The translations under genes were made by a program, and so were the position numbers. Positions 1-8,369 of a DNA stretch of 64,000 nucleotides are shown piece after piece. The notes beneath the pieces are model-generated. The model saw only the letters and a program-made list of their open reading frames with translations. It made no database searches and was not told where the DNA came from. Position 1 is the first letter of the stretch. Every line of letters begins with the position of its first letter. The DNA comes from Thermodesulfobacteriota bacterium (GTDB lineage Bacteria > Desulfobacterota_D > UBA1144 > Nemesobacterales > UBA2774), in the NCBI GenBank assembly GCA_965216785.1, contig OZ244197.1:736001-800000 (forward strand), given 5' to 3'.

Positions 1-1
1 A

Positions 2-151
2 GACACTGCAAACAAGCTTTTCAAATTATTGAATACAATCGTAGAATTGACAATTACTAGAAATAAGTTTGTTGAAGAAATTTATGAGGAACTACCAGAA
101 GATGCAAAAGAAGCAATAAAAACAAGGGACGAAAATAATGAAAAAAAATAA
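2..151 (+). CDS. C-terminal fragment of a DUF4145-like (HEPN-related) protein, truncated by the window start
   Basis: Open frame from position 2 reads DTANKLFKLLNTIVELTITRNKFVEEIYEELPEDAKEAIKTRDENNEKK*. This resembles the LF-xx-VN...IxxLYxxLPExxKxAIxxRD tail of DUF4145 proteins (recognised from memory). Not in the ORF track. Confidence 0.55.
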   Translation, partial: DTANKLFKLLNTIVELTITRNKFVEEIYEELPEDAKEAIKTRDENNEKK

Positions 152-479
152 GATTATCCCTATTGTGATGATAATGTTATTAACCCAATGCAGTTTTGCA
201 ATCCTATCTCATGCCGGAAGCAAATCAAGCGGGAATGAGGCTGTACAGAAGATCCACGACGGACTTGTGCTGAAGGGGATGACCAAGGCAGAGGTAGTGG
301 AAGCTATCGGAGAGCCATGGCAGAAGGACACAACTCCAGTAAAAGCCCGCTACGGTGAGAAGTGGATATACAGCTGTGAGACCGACAAAGGGCTTACATA
401 TGACTGCGTGTATCTGTATTTTATGGGCGGCAAGGTCAAAAACGTAGGTACTTTTTTCAATATGCCAAATGAGTACTAA
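138..479 (+). CDS. Exported small protein with SmpA/OmlA (BamE-like) motif
   Basis: N-terminal signal-like segment; GMTKAEVVEAIGEP...EKWIY...LYF pattern typical of the SmpA/OmlA fold. Confidence 0.55.
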   Translation: MKKNKIIPIVMIMLLTQCSFAILSHAGSKSSGNEAVQKIHDGLVLKGMTKAEVVEAIGEPWQKDTTPVKARYGEKWIYSCETDKGLTYDCVYLYFMGGKVKNVGTFFNMPNEY

Positions 480-553
480 GAAGCTTTAACTACAACCTGC
501 AATTGTAGTATACTTCCTCTTACAACCCAATAATTTATAAAAACGGAGATGCG

Positions 554-1102
554 ATGAAGAACTGTCCTAAATGTGATATTGAGCTAAAGGTGAAGGTAAT
601 AGGCGATGTTGACGTTGACGAGTGCGAGCGCTGCGGAGGGGTGTGGTTTGACCGGGGCGAGCTTAGTGAAGCCGAAGAAGTAGCAGACCCGAATCTTGGG
701 TGGATGGACTTTGAGATTTGGAAGCACCAGGAGCATTTTAAGGCCAAAGATACCGAGTTTAAGTGCCCTGTTGACGGCACGAATATGATAAGTATCGAAT
801 ACGGACACACCGGTGTTAGAATTGACCACTGCGGCTCGTGCCACGGAGTATGGCTCGACAGGGGCGAGTTCTCTAAAATTATCGAGTCACTCGAAGACGA
901 GCTTAGTAATAAATCTTTCTCTGAGTATTTACATGAAAGCATCGAGGAAGCAAAGGAGCTTGTAACAGGCGATAAGCCCCTATCGACAGAGTGGAAGGAT
1001 TTTACATCCGTGCTCAAGCTTATGCAGTACAGGCTTTTTGTCGAGAAACCCAAATTTGTCGAAACGCTAAGAGAGCTGTACGGACTAAACCCGTTTAAGT
1101 AA
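554..1102 (+). CDS. Double zf-TFIIB zinc-ribbon protein
   Basis: Two repeats: CPKC...CERCGGVWFDRGEL and CPVD...CGSCHGVWLDRGEF. Confidence 0.85.
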   Translation: MKNCPKCDIELKVKVIGDVDVDECERCGGVWFDRGELSEAEEVADPNLGWMDFEIWKHQEHFKAKDTEFKCPVDGTNMISIEYGHTGVRIDHCGSCHGVWLDRGEFSKIIESLEDELSNKSFSEYLHESIEEAKELVTGDKPLSTEWKDFTSVLKLMQYRLFVEKPKFVETLRELYGLNPFK

Positions 1103-1226
1103 TTTTCTTCACCAAAAACTTAAGAGCGGATAATTTTATTTTCATGCGGCGCTCATAAATACAACCTGACAAAAAAATCACGGTTATAATTTTTATGAGT
1201 TTAATAAAGAGGAGGATCCAACGAAT

Positions 1227-2177
1227 ATGAGAATTCTACTATCTAAAGCTACGGCGCTATTACTCACTGCAGTATTCGTAATAACTTTTGCTATTTCTTG
1301 TGATGAGAACAATAAAATGATCGGACCGTCAGACGATACGGATGATTTAATAGGCGAGGCCCCATCCCCCGGGAATGAGTTTGATATTGACACCGCAACC
1401 GAGCTTATGAGGCTCAGTCTCCAGGCATATCAGATGCTGATCGACTCTAATAATGGTGTGACTTTCACACTGCCAGAGCCATATACGCTTATTATACAGT
1501 TTCTTACGGGCGAGAATTTTTTAGGTATTGGACTCGAGCAAGAGGTCCCGATTGCATTCATAGCAACGGCGAACAATAACATATACGTTGTTTTCAGAGG
1601 AACTAAAACCATAGACGAATGGATAGCCGACGCCGACTTCCCGTTCGTTCCGTATACGAACGTGAGTAACGGTGGTATGACGGAGAAAGGTTTCACGGAC
1701 ATTTACGAGAGCCTGGGAATAGTTGAGGAGGTAAACAGCCTCGCAAAAATGGGGGACTTTGACAATGTCTATATAACAGGCCACAGCCTTGGCGCGGCGC
1801 TTGCCGGGCTGGCGCTGCCCGATATAGCCGCAAACACTGATTTTAACGATCCCGTAATCTATAGCTTCGCAAGCCCGAGGGTTGGGGATAGTGATTTTAA
1901 GAGCCGCTACGACGGTTTTGACACTGAAAGCTGGAGAGTATTTAATACGAACGACGAAGTACCCAAGCTCCCCCCGAGCGCGCTTGGTTATACGCATGTA
2001 AACACCGGGTTCCCAATCACGTTCGGAAAGCCTGTGTCGGGTCCGTTCGACTTTAAGGACATAGCGTTTAATCACGAGGGGTGTAACTACTACAACACAC
2101 TCTGTGGTATGACTAGCGACCCCACTACGTGTATGCAGATGGCGGACGGCGCGGACGGCTGTAATGCCGGCATGTAG
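1227..2177 (+). CDS. Lipase class 3 family lipoprotein
   Basis: Lipobox AISC; VVFRGT, GHSLG nucleophile elbow, ASPRVG, DEVPKLP; strong GAGGAGG SD. Confidence 0.88.
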   Translation: MRILLSKATALLLTAVFVITFAISCDENNKMIGPSDDTDDLIGEAPSPGNEFDIDTATELMRLSLQAYQMLIDSNNGVTFTLPEPYTLIIQFLTGENFLGIGLEQEVPIAFIATANNNIYVVFRGTKTIDEWIADADFPFVPYTNVSNGGMTEKGFTDIYESLGIVEEVNSLAKMGDFDNVYITGHSLGAALAGLALPDIAANTDFNDPVIYSFASPRVGDSDFKSRYDGFDTESWRVFNTNDEVPKLPPSALGYTHVNTGFPITFGKPVSGPFDFKDIAFNHEGCNYYNTLCGMTSDPTTCMQMADGADGCNAGM

Positions 2178-2187
2178 ATAAGTCTAA

Positions 2188-2652
2188 TTATAGAAGCTTG
2201 TCCAATATATCTGACGTGCTGTCGTTCCCGACCTCGCCGCTACGGTCGTAAACGACCTCCCCTGTTTTACTAACAATGGTTACGTGGGGAATGTAATTTC
2301 TGTAGTGCTTCTTTACGAGATTAGTCTGCTCTTTTGACCTGGGCGAGTCGAGGTCTATGATTATGAAATCTACCTTGCCCATGTATTTATCATATAGCTC
2401 AACTGTGCGCCTGGCCTGGCGCTTGGAGTTATAGCACTCACGATGATAGAAAATTATGTAGGTGGGTTTGCCAGCCTTAACTACACCGTTCCGCATATCT
2501 TTGCCTGTGATCAGCGGACCGTCGTTAGAATCGCTAGAGTAGTTAAGGTGCGGGTTTAATTTGAGGTCCGTTGCGGCAAACACCTGTCCTGAAATAACTG
2601 TTACAAAAATAATAAAAATAAGCGAAATAGCAGCTGTACGTAGCACCGTCAT
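2188..2652 (-). CDS. Exported thioredoxin-fold protein with CxxS motif
   Basis: Signal peptide; KPTYIIFYHRECYNS and YIPHVTIVSKTGEVV (cis-Pro loop) pattern. Confidence 0.65.
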   Translation of the reverse strand: MTVLRTAAISLIFIIFVTVISGQVFAATDLKLNPHLNYSSDSNDGPLITGKDMRNGVVKAGKPTYIIFYHRECYNSKRQARRTVELYDKYMGKVDFIIIDLDSPRSKEQTNLVKKHYRNYIPHVTIVSKTGEVVYDRSGEVGNDSTSDILDKLL

Positions 2653-2717
2653 GAATGAGTTCTCCTTTATATGATGTGTCCCTGAAATATATTCAAGATC
2701 ATGTTAAAGGATTAGAT

Positions 2718-2748
2718 AAAAAAAAGGCGCACCTGGGTGCGCCTTTCT
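2718..2748 (-). terminator. Intrinsic terminator of the Met-rich protein gene
   Basis: AAAGGCGCACC/GGTGCGCCTTT inverted repeat flanked by an A-run (U-tract on minus strand). Confidence 0.75.
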
Positions 2749-2776
2749 TGAAATTTAGATAACTATAGCTGTAAGT

Positions 2777-3199
2777 TTAATATCCGCTTTTTTCCTTCAT
2801 TTTATCTGCGGCGTCATCCATCATACCTTTCTTCTCTTCCTCTACCATGCCGGCCTCGTCTTTCATCATATCGCCGCCTTCTTCCACAGCTTCTTCAGGA
2901 GCGTCAACCTTTTCTCCAGCTTCTTCCGCCATGCCCTCTTTCTCTTCCTCAACCATACCAGCCTCATCCTTCATCATACCTTCTGCCTTATCCATCATCT
3001 GATCGCTGGCGTCGTCAACCATACCTTCGCCCTTTTCCATCATCTTATCACCGGCATCCTTCATCATACCTCCCTGCTCTTCCTTGACCATGCCGGCTTC
3101 GTCTTTCATCATATCGCCGCCGGTCTCGTCTGCCGATACCGTCAGCCCGGCGAATGATACCGAAAATACTACCGCAAAAACAAAGAGTAAATTTCTCAT
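2777..3199 (-). CDS. Exported methionine-rich low-complexity protein (MXKDX pentapeptide-repeat-like)
   Basis: Signal peptide followed by repeated MMKDEAGMV units; AGGAGGAG SD. Confidence 0.75.
   Translation of the reverse strand: MRNLLFVFAVVFSVSFAGLTVSADETGGDMMKDEAGMVKEEQGGMMKDAGDKMMEKGEGMVDDASDQMMDKAEGMMKDEAGMVEEEKEGMAEEAGEKVDAPEEAVEEGGDMMKDEAGMVEEEKKGMMDDAADKMKEKSGY
2844..3122. repeat. Intragenic direct repeats encoding GGDMMKDEAGMV
   Basis: ACCATGCCGGC(C/T)TCGTCTTTCATCATATCGCCGCC at about 2844-2878 and 3088-3122, with a degenerate copy between them. Confidence 0.75.
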
Positions 3200-3391
3200 A
3201 ATGAACTCCTCCTGTAGGTTTTTGATTCCAATAATAACATACGAGGATAAGAAATGTGCAGTTTTATCGGAATTAAAGTAATTATACTACATATAGTCTA
3301 AAGGTTTAGCTCACAAACTCAGTTGTGTTATCATATGTGACGCATAAAGAGCTATATATACCCTATCACCACTTAAGAGGAAGGAAGAACT

Positions 3392-4015
3392 GTGGCAAAA
3401 TCAAAAGCACGAATCGCTTCGAACGTTAAAGACAAGGAGCTTATAAATACCAGACGCGGAGAGCTGGTGAACGCGGCCGTAAAATTATTTGTGAAGAAGG
3501 GATTTCATAAAACCACTGTTAGAGAGATTGCGAAAGAGTTCGGTATGAGTATGGGAGCCCTTTACGATTATATTAGGACTAAAGAAGACATACTTTTTTT
3601 AGTCTGCGACCACATACACCAAAGTGTAAGGGACAAGCTCGAAAGATCTTTAAGCAGTGACAAAGACTCTAGAGAAAATCTGAAAAACGCAATAAGAGAC
3701 TACTTTACTATTATTGATGAAATACAGGACTATACGCTTCTTCTATATCAGGAGACAAAATCCCTTAAGCACAAGGACAGGAGCTATATACTGGCCAAAG
3801 AGATGGAGCTTACAAATATGTTTGAGAATATTATCGCTCGGGGGATAAAGGATAAAACATTTAAGATATCGAAACGTACAGCAAAAATCGTGGCCAATAA
3901 CATCATGGTTGAAGGGCAGATGTGGTCTTTCAGGCGGTGGGAGACACAGAAGAACTATTCACTCAGGAGCTACATTAATACTCAAACCGAGCTCATCCTG
4001 AACTCGCTCACGTAA
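3392..4015 (+). CDS. TetR/AcrR family transcriptional regulator (fatty acid/acyl-CoA catabolism type)
   Basis: N-terminal HTH AAVKLFVKKGFHKTTVREIAKEFGMSMGALYDYIRTKEDIL; adjacent to acyl-CoA dehydrogenase. Confidence 0.92.
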   Translation: MAKSKARIASNVKDKELINTRRGELVNAAVKLFVKKGFHKTTVREIAKEFGMSMGALYDYIRTKEDILFLVCDHIHQSVRDKLERSLSSDKDSRENLKNAIRDYFTIIDEIQDYTLLLYQETKSLKHKDRSYILAKEMELTNMFENIIARGIKDKTFKISKRTAKIVANNIMVEGQMWSFRRWETQKNYSLRSYINTQTELILNSLT

Positions 4016-4020
4016 ACAAG

Positions 4021-4070
4021 TTGACATGGGCATTAAATGGCATTACTATTAAACCGAGCAAGCGCTCGGT
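4021..4070 (+). promoter_or_regulatory. Sigma70 promoter plus palindromic operator for acyl-CoA dehydrogenase
   Basis: TTGACA (4021-4026)-17 bp-TACTAT (4044-4049); palindrome ACCGAGC-AAGC-GCTCGGT at 4053-4070 over the predicted start site. Confidence 0.75.
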
Positions 4071-4099
4071 CGGTTTGCTAAACAGGGGGTGACGTTTTA

Positions 4100-5251
4100 A
4101 TGCCAACAATCAACATAACCGAAGAGCAGGGGATGGTAAGGAAAACTGCGCATGAGTTTTCCGAAAATGAGATAAAGCCCGTTGCTTCGGAGAACGACAA
4201 GAATCATACATTCCCTAAAGATATAGTCGACAAATTGGGAGAGCTAGGCTTTATGGGAATGGTGGTACCCGAGGAGTACGGTGGGAGCGGTTTTGACTAT
4301 TTGTCATATATCATAGCTCTGGAAGAGATATCCCGTGGCTGCGCTTCGACCGGAGCCATAATGTCAGTTAACAACTCACTCGTATGTGATCCAATAAATG
4401 TATTCGGAGATGAAAAGCAGAAAAAAACCTACCTGCCGGCGCTAACTGCGGGTAAAAAGCTCGGCTGCTTTATGCTGAGTGAGCCCGAAGCAGGCTCTGA
4501 CCCAGCTAGTATGCATACCAGAGCGGTTAAAAAAGGAAAGGATTACATCCTGAACGGAGTCAAATGCTGGATAACAAACGGAGCCGAGGCCGACTTGGCC
4601 GTGGTGTTCGCTTCTACGGACGCGACAAAAAGAAATAAAGGGGTTTCCGCGTTTATTGTGGAAATGAACTCCCCGGGAGTAATAGTCGGCAAACTGGAAG
4701 ACAAATTGGGCATAAAAGCAACAAGCACAGCCCAAATATTTTTTGAAAACTGCAAGATACCGAGCTCTAACATACTTGGGAAAGAGGGAGACGGTTTTAA
4801 AATAGCCATGCACACGCTCGACGGGGGAAGAATAGGGATTGCAGCTCAGGCAGTTGGGATCGCTCAGGCCGCTCTTGAAGACTCGGTCAGATACGCGAAG
4901 GAACGAAAGGCGTTCGGAAGGGCGATATCGAATTTTCAGGGGCTCCAGTTTATGATTGCGGATATGGCGACCAGGATCGAGGCTTCGAGGCTTCTCACTT
5001 GGCAGGCCGCAATGATGAAGGAAAACGGAGGGAAATATTCTAAGAATTCGGCTATGGCTAAGCTCTACGCGTCAGAGACCGCAATGTGGGTTACGACAAA
5101 AGCAATTCAGATTCACGGTGGTTACGGCTACACCACAGACTATCAGGTAGAAAGATATTTCAGGGACGCGAAGATAACGGAAATTTATGAGGGCACTTCG
5201 GAGATACAAAGAAATGTTATTGCCCGAGAGACGCTCAAAGAGATTCAATAA
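4100..5251 (+). CDS. Acyl-CoA dehydrogenase (short/branched-chain type)
   Basis: GCFMLSEPEAGSD, GRIGIAAQAVGIAQAAL, QIHGGYGY, KITEIYEGTSEIQR motifs. Confidence 0.95.
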   Translation: MPTINITEEQGMVRKTAHEFSENEIKPVASENDKNHTFPKDIVDKLGELGFMGMVVPEEYGGSGFDYLSYIIALEEISRGCASTGAIMSVNNSLVCDPINVFGDEKQKKTYLPALTAGKKLGCFMLSEPEAGSDPASMHTRAVKKGKDYILNGVKCWITNGAEADLAVVFASTDATKRNKGVSAFIVEMNSPGVIVGKLEDKLGIKATSTAQIFFENCKIPSSNILGKEGDGFKIAMHTLDGGRIGIAAQAVGIAQAALEDSVRYAKERKAFGRAISNFQGLQFMIADMATRIEASRLLTWQAAMMKENGGKYSKNSAMAKLYASETAMWVTTKAIQIHGGYGYTTDYQVERYFRDAKITEIYEGTSEIQRNVIARETLKEIQ

Positions 5252-5288
5252 AAAAAGGAAGCCCTTAGAACTTCCAAGGGCTTCCTTT
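5250..5288 (-). terminator. Intrinsic terminator, better oriented for a minus-strand transcript
   Basis: AAAGGAAGCCCTT/AAGGGCTTCCTTT stem with A-run at 5250-5256; may also terminate the acyl-CoA dehydrogenase gene. Confidence 0.7.
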
Positions 5289-5345
5289 CCTAAAGGAGGA
5301 GGGTATAGGATGTCATCTTACTACTATACTCATTAATGCTTACAT
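5250..5345 (-). ncRNA. Candidate small RNA with anti-Shine-Dalgarno CCCUCCUCCU motif
   Basis: Minus strand reads ...CAUCCUAUACCCUCCUCCUUUAGG-terminator-U-tract, between two terminators; 5' end uncertain. Confidence 0.4.
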
Positions 5346-5434
5346 ATATTCAGATACTCAAAAAAGTGAAAAGGATTCACCTTACATAAAACCACCAGAG
5401 TCTATCATCCTTTATCGGACTCTCTAGTCTAAAT

Positions 5435-5462
5435 AAAAAAAGGGAGCCGAAGCTCCCTTTTA
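5435..5462 (-). terminator. Intrinsic terminator of IPTL-CTERM gene 1
   Basis: AAAAGGGAGC-CGAA-GCTCCCTTTT hairpin (UUCG loop on minus strand). Confidence 0.85.
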
Positions 5463-5494
5463 TGTTTTCTAAATGTTATAAATCTAGTTTCTGA

Positions 5495-6037
5495 TTAAGC
5501 ACTTACTTGCCTGCGGCGTAGGATCACAAAACCCGCTATTCCTAAAACTGATACCATCGCAATGAGACCCCACTCTGAAAGCGTTGGAATTGCCTCGGTT
5601 CTGGAATTAATAAATGTGCAACCAAGAAAACTGGGCTCGTTACAAGTGAGAGTTACACCTGAATCGACAATTGAATAACTTACACCGTTTTCTATAAAAG
5701 GCGCCTCAGCCTCGTTCTCTGCCATACCATTAAGCCCGCCACCGCAGCTTATGTCTCTGAGCACCCATCCGTTTACATCTCCCTGCGTCACCGTTACTGT
5801 ATCACCGAACGGAATAAGGACCAATCCATCATACGGTAGAGCGAAGGGTGAAAGAGTGAACTCGCGTTCCTCAGCACCAGTAACGGTATACGGGAACTCC
5901 GTCGAGCTTTCGGGTATCGTTTCAACTCCTATCATGATGGTGCAGCCACGTTGTTGGGCGTTCACATCAGAGTTAAAAACGAGCGCGCCGGATGACGCAA
6001 TAATAGCTAGAAACAAGAGATTTATTATATACTTCAT
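5495..6037 (-). CDS. IPTL-CTERM sorting-domain surface protein (single beta-sandwich/prealbumin-like domain)
   Basis: Signal peptide; C-terminal AIPTLSEWG + TM helix + RRRQ; four Cys. Confidence 0.85.
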   Translation of the reverse strand: MKYIINLLFLAIIASSGALVFNSDVNAQQRGCTIMIGVETIPESSTEFPYTVTGAEEREFTLSPFALPYDGLVLIPFGDTVTVTQGDVNGWVLRDISCGGGLNGMAENEAEAPFIENGVSYSIVDSGVTLTCNEPSFLGCTFINSRTEAIPTLSEWGLIAMVSVLGIAGFVILRRRQVSA

Positions 6038-6127
6038 TGTATCCTCCTTTCCTTGTAGTGGGCTTTATTATAACACGACCTTGGATATATGAAATTTTTG
6101 TTATTTCGATTCTCAAGGCTATAAAAT

Positions 6128-6155
6128 AAAAAAGGGAGCCGAAGCTCCCTTTTTT
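6128..6155 (-). terminator. Intrinsic terminator of IPTL-CTERM gene 2
   Basis: Same GGGAGC-CGAA-GCTCCC hairpin with A/T runs. Confidence 0.85.
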
Positions 6156-6187
6156 AATCTTTTTAATTTTGTGAATTTAGATTCTGA

Positions 6188-6670
6188 TTAAGCACTTACT
6201 TGCCTGCGGCGTATTACGAAATATCCCACTGCGCCTAAGCCCAGAACTAGAGCTACCAATCCCCATTGGGAGATAGTCGGTATAGCCTCTGTTTGGGAAT
6301 TGATAAAAGTACATGATGCGAAACCGCCATTTTGAAGGCACTCAAAACTAATACCCGAGCCTACTTTGGTAATATTCATGTTGTTAATGTTTTCGCAGTC
6401 AATATCTCTGAGCACCCATCCTGCAACATCTCCCTGCGTTACCGTTGTTATATCGGAAGCCCCAATCTTCCTGGCTTGGACGGGATTGATAGTAAACTCC
6501 TCAGGGAATTCACCTGTAACCGTATACGGGAAATCTGTGTCGCTTCCGGGTATCGTATCTACGAATATAGTAGCACTACAAAAATTTTGGGCCTTTACAT
6601 CAGCACTGAATAAAAACGCGCCGGATGACGCAAGAACAGCTACAAATAAAAGATTTACTATGTATCTCAT
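6188..6670 (-). CDS. IPTL-CTERM sorting-domain surface protein, paralog 2
   Basis: Start revised to MRYIVNLL (ATG 6670, AGGAGG SD); C-terminal AIPTISQWG-TM-RRRQVSA. Confidence 0.85.
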   Translation of the reverse strand: MRYIVNLLFVAVLASSGAFLFSADVKAQNFCSATIFVDTIPGSDTDFPYTVTGEFPEEFTINPVQARKIGASDITTVTQGDVAGWVLRDIDCENINNMNITKVGSGISFECLQNGGFASCTFINSQTEAIPTISQWGLVALVLGLGAVGYFVIRRRQVSA

Positions 6671-6797
6671 AATTATATCCTCCTTAGGTTGATTGGGCTT
6701 AACTATATCACAATAAACCCATTCTGCATAGAAAAACTTAGTAATAATGAGCAATAAAGAGGTTTGTTATTAACAGTTCGGGTTAATTTAAATTTAT

Positions 6798-7298
6798 CTA
6801 AGCATTAATCAGCCTGCGGCGAAGAACCATAAACCCCGCTAAACCTAAAACGGCTACGAGTGCTATGACGCCCCACTGAGAAAATGTCGGAATGGCTTCT
6901 GCGGCAGTGTTCGAAAAGGTGCAAAAAGCCTGGCCACCACCCTCATCGCAAGTGATATCAGCATTCTTAGCCGCAGTAGATACTGTTGTGCCTCCATTAG
7001 TCCTGCAGTTTATGTTTCTGAGTACCCAACCCTCTGGTGTATCCTCAGCTACACTTACAAAATCACCAACCTGGATATCGAAAAACTCCGTATTTTCAGG
7101 CTGAACTAGTATTTCTCTGCTTAAATCGCCCGAAACCGTGAACCTGAACAATGTACCGTCATCCGGAAACGCCTCTTTTGTTATTCCTACTTCGCATACA
7201 GAGTCTTGTGCTCTTACATCAGCACTAAACACTAAAGAAACTGAAAAAATAGCGAGTGTTATGACAAACACACCTACGAATCTATTTACATATCTCAT
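6798..7298 (-). CDS. IPTL-CTERM sorting-domain surface protein, paralog 3
   Basis: Start revised to MRYVNRF (ATG 7298, GGAGG SD); GWVLRNINC, CTFSN, AIPTFSQWG-TM-RRR. Confidence 0.85.
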   Translation of the reverse strand: MRYVNRFVGVFVITLAIFSVSLVFSADVRAQDSVCEVGITKEAFPDDGTLFRFTVSGDLSREILVQPENTEFFDIQVGDFVSVAEDTPEGWVLRNINCRTNGGTTVSTAAKNADITCDEGGGQAFCTFSNTAAEAIPTFSQWGVIALVAVLGLAGFMVLRRRLINA

Positions 7299-7402
7299 TT
7301 TATCCTCCAATTGTTTTACTCGGTTAAATCTTTTTAGAAACTTAGGTATGATAATACCCGACCTGGATCTAAAATATATTTTTTTTAAGAGGACGATACT
7401 CC

Positions 7403-7768
7403 ATGCCGACATTGATCGAAAAACCTGCTGTTATCGAAGCTGCGGGCAACGTGCCAAAGAAAATAGAGGAATTCGCGGGCAGGGTGAATTCAGGACATAC
7501 CGAAGCGAGTATAGCGCGCATGACCTCTCCCGAAGGGTGGATTGAGCCCGGTCAACGTCCTGAATTTCAGGAAATTACGGTAGTTCTTGAGGGAACGCTT
7601 AATGTTGAGCATGAAAATGGAGAGTTGGAGGTAATCGCGGGGCAGGCCGTAGTAACAAACCCGGGAGAATGGGTTAGGTACAGCACACCTAAAGAAGGAG
7701 GGGCTAAATACATAGCCGTTTGTCTGCCCGCTTTTTCGCCCGATACGGTACATAGGGATTCTGAATAA
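7403..7768 (+). CDS. Cupin domain protein (EutQ-like)
   Basis: GWIEPGQRPEFQEITVVLEG, AGQAVV...GEWVRYSTP, AVCLPAFSPDTVHRD. Confidence 0.8.
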   Translation: MPTLIEKPAVIEAAGNVPKKIEEFAGRVNSGHTEASIARMTSPEGWIEPGQRPEFQEITVVLEGTLNVEHENGELEVIAGQAVVTNPGEWVRYSTPKEGGAKYIAVCLPAFSPDTVHRDSE

Positions 7769-7786
7769 ACTAAAGGAATTAGAAAT

Positions 7787-8356
7787 ATGAGCAAACGATG
7801 CGAATGGTGCGGCGATGAGCCGATCTATCTGGACTATCATGACAAAGAATGGGGTGTACCCGTACATGACGACCGTCAGCACTTTGAGATGATCATCCTG
7901 GACGGCGCTCAGGCAGGGCTAAGCTGGATTACAATATTAAAAAGAAGAGAGACTTACAGAGAGGCCTTTGACAACTTCGACGTAGAAAAGGTAGCCAGAT
8001 ACAGCGATAAAAAGATAGAGCTTTTGCTTAAAGACCCCGGTATTATCAGGAACCGTCTGAAAGTGAATTCAGCAGTAACTAACGCCAAATCATTCCTCAA
8101 GATACAAGAAGAGTTCGGCTCGTTCGATAAATATATCTGGCAATTCACAGGTAACGATACTCTACATAACTCATGGAAAGCGATGAATGAAATACCGGCT
8201 AAAACTACAGAATCTGACGCTATGAGCAAGGATCTTAAGAAAAGAGGGTTCAGCTTTGTCGGGTCTACGATCTGCTACGCATATATGCAGGCTGCTGGGA
8301 TGGTGAACGACCACGTAACTAATTGTTTCAGGTACAAACAAATTAAGAAACTTTAG
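7787..8356 (+). CDS. tag: DNA-3-methyladenine glycosylase I
   Basis: RCEW, YHDKEWG, QAGLSWITIL, IIRNRLKV, GFSFVGSTICYAYMQAAGMVNDH. Confidence 0.95.
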   Translation: MSKRCEWCGDEPIYLDYHDKEWGVPVHDDRQHFEMIILDGAQAGLSWITILKRRETYREAFDNFDVEKVARYSDKKIELLLKDPGIIRNRLKVNSAVTNAKSFLKIQEEFGSFDKYIWQFTGNDTLHNSWKAMNEIPAKTTESDAMSKDLKKRGFSFVGSTICYAYMQAAGMVNDHVTNCFRYKQIKKL

Positions 8357-8369
8357 GCTCTGACTAAAT

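Larger units (their letters stand above)
5489..6213. repeat. Direct repeats from tandem duplication of IPTL-CTERM genes
   Basis: 32-nt identity TTCTGATTAAGCACTTACTTGCCTGCGGCGTA at 5489-5520 and 6182-6213; near-identical terminators at about 5431-5460 and 6124-6153. Confidence 0.85.

Noticed and set aside
1152-1199. Sigma70 promoter and inverted repeat (CTCATAAA/TTTATGAG) upstream of the lipase
   Set aside because: The -35/-10 spacing is only 13 bp, and the short AT-rich repeat could be chance.
2188-2652. Possible selenoprotein or read-through in the thioredoxin-fold gene
   Set aside because: The motif is C-Y-N-S with sense codons and no in-frame TGA.
5310-5336. MSSYYYTH as a tyrosine attenuator leader peptide
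   Set aside because: No downstream plus-strand gene to attenuate; kept only as an alternative to the sRNA reading.
5431-6213. Repeated blocks as a CRISPR array or DGR template/variable repeat
   Set aside because: Only two copies, each at the 3' end of a paralogous gene. There are no regular spacers, cas genes or reverse transcriptase, and no adenine-specific mismatch pattern is evident.
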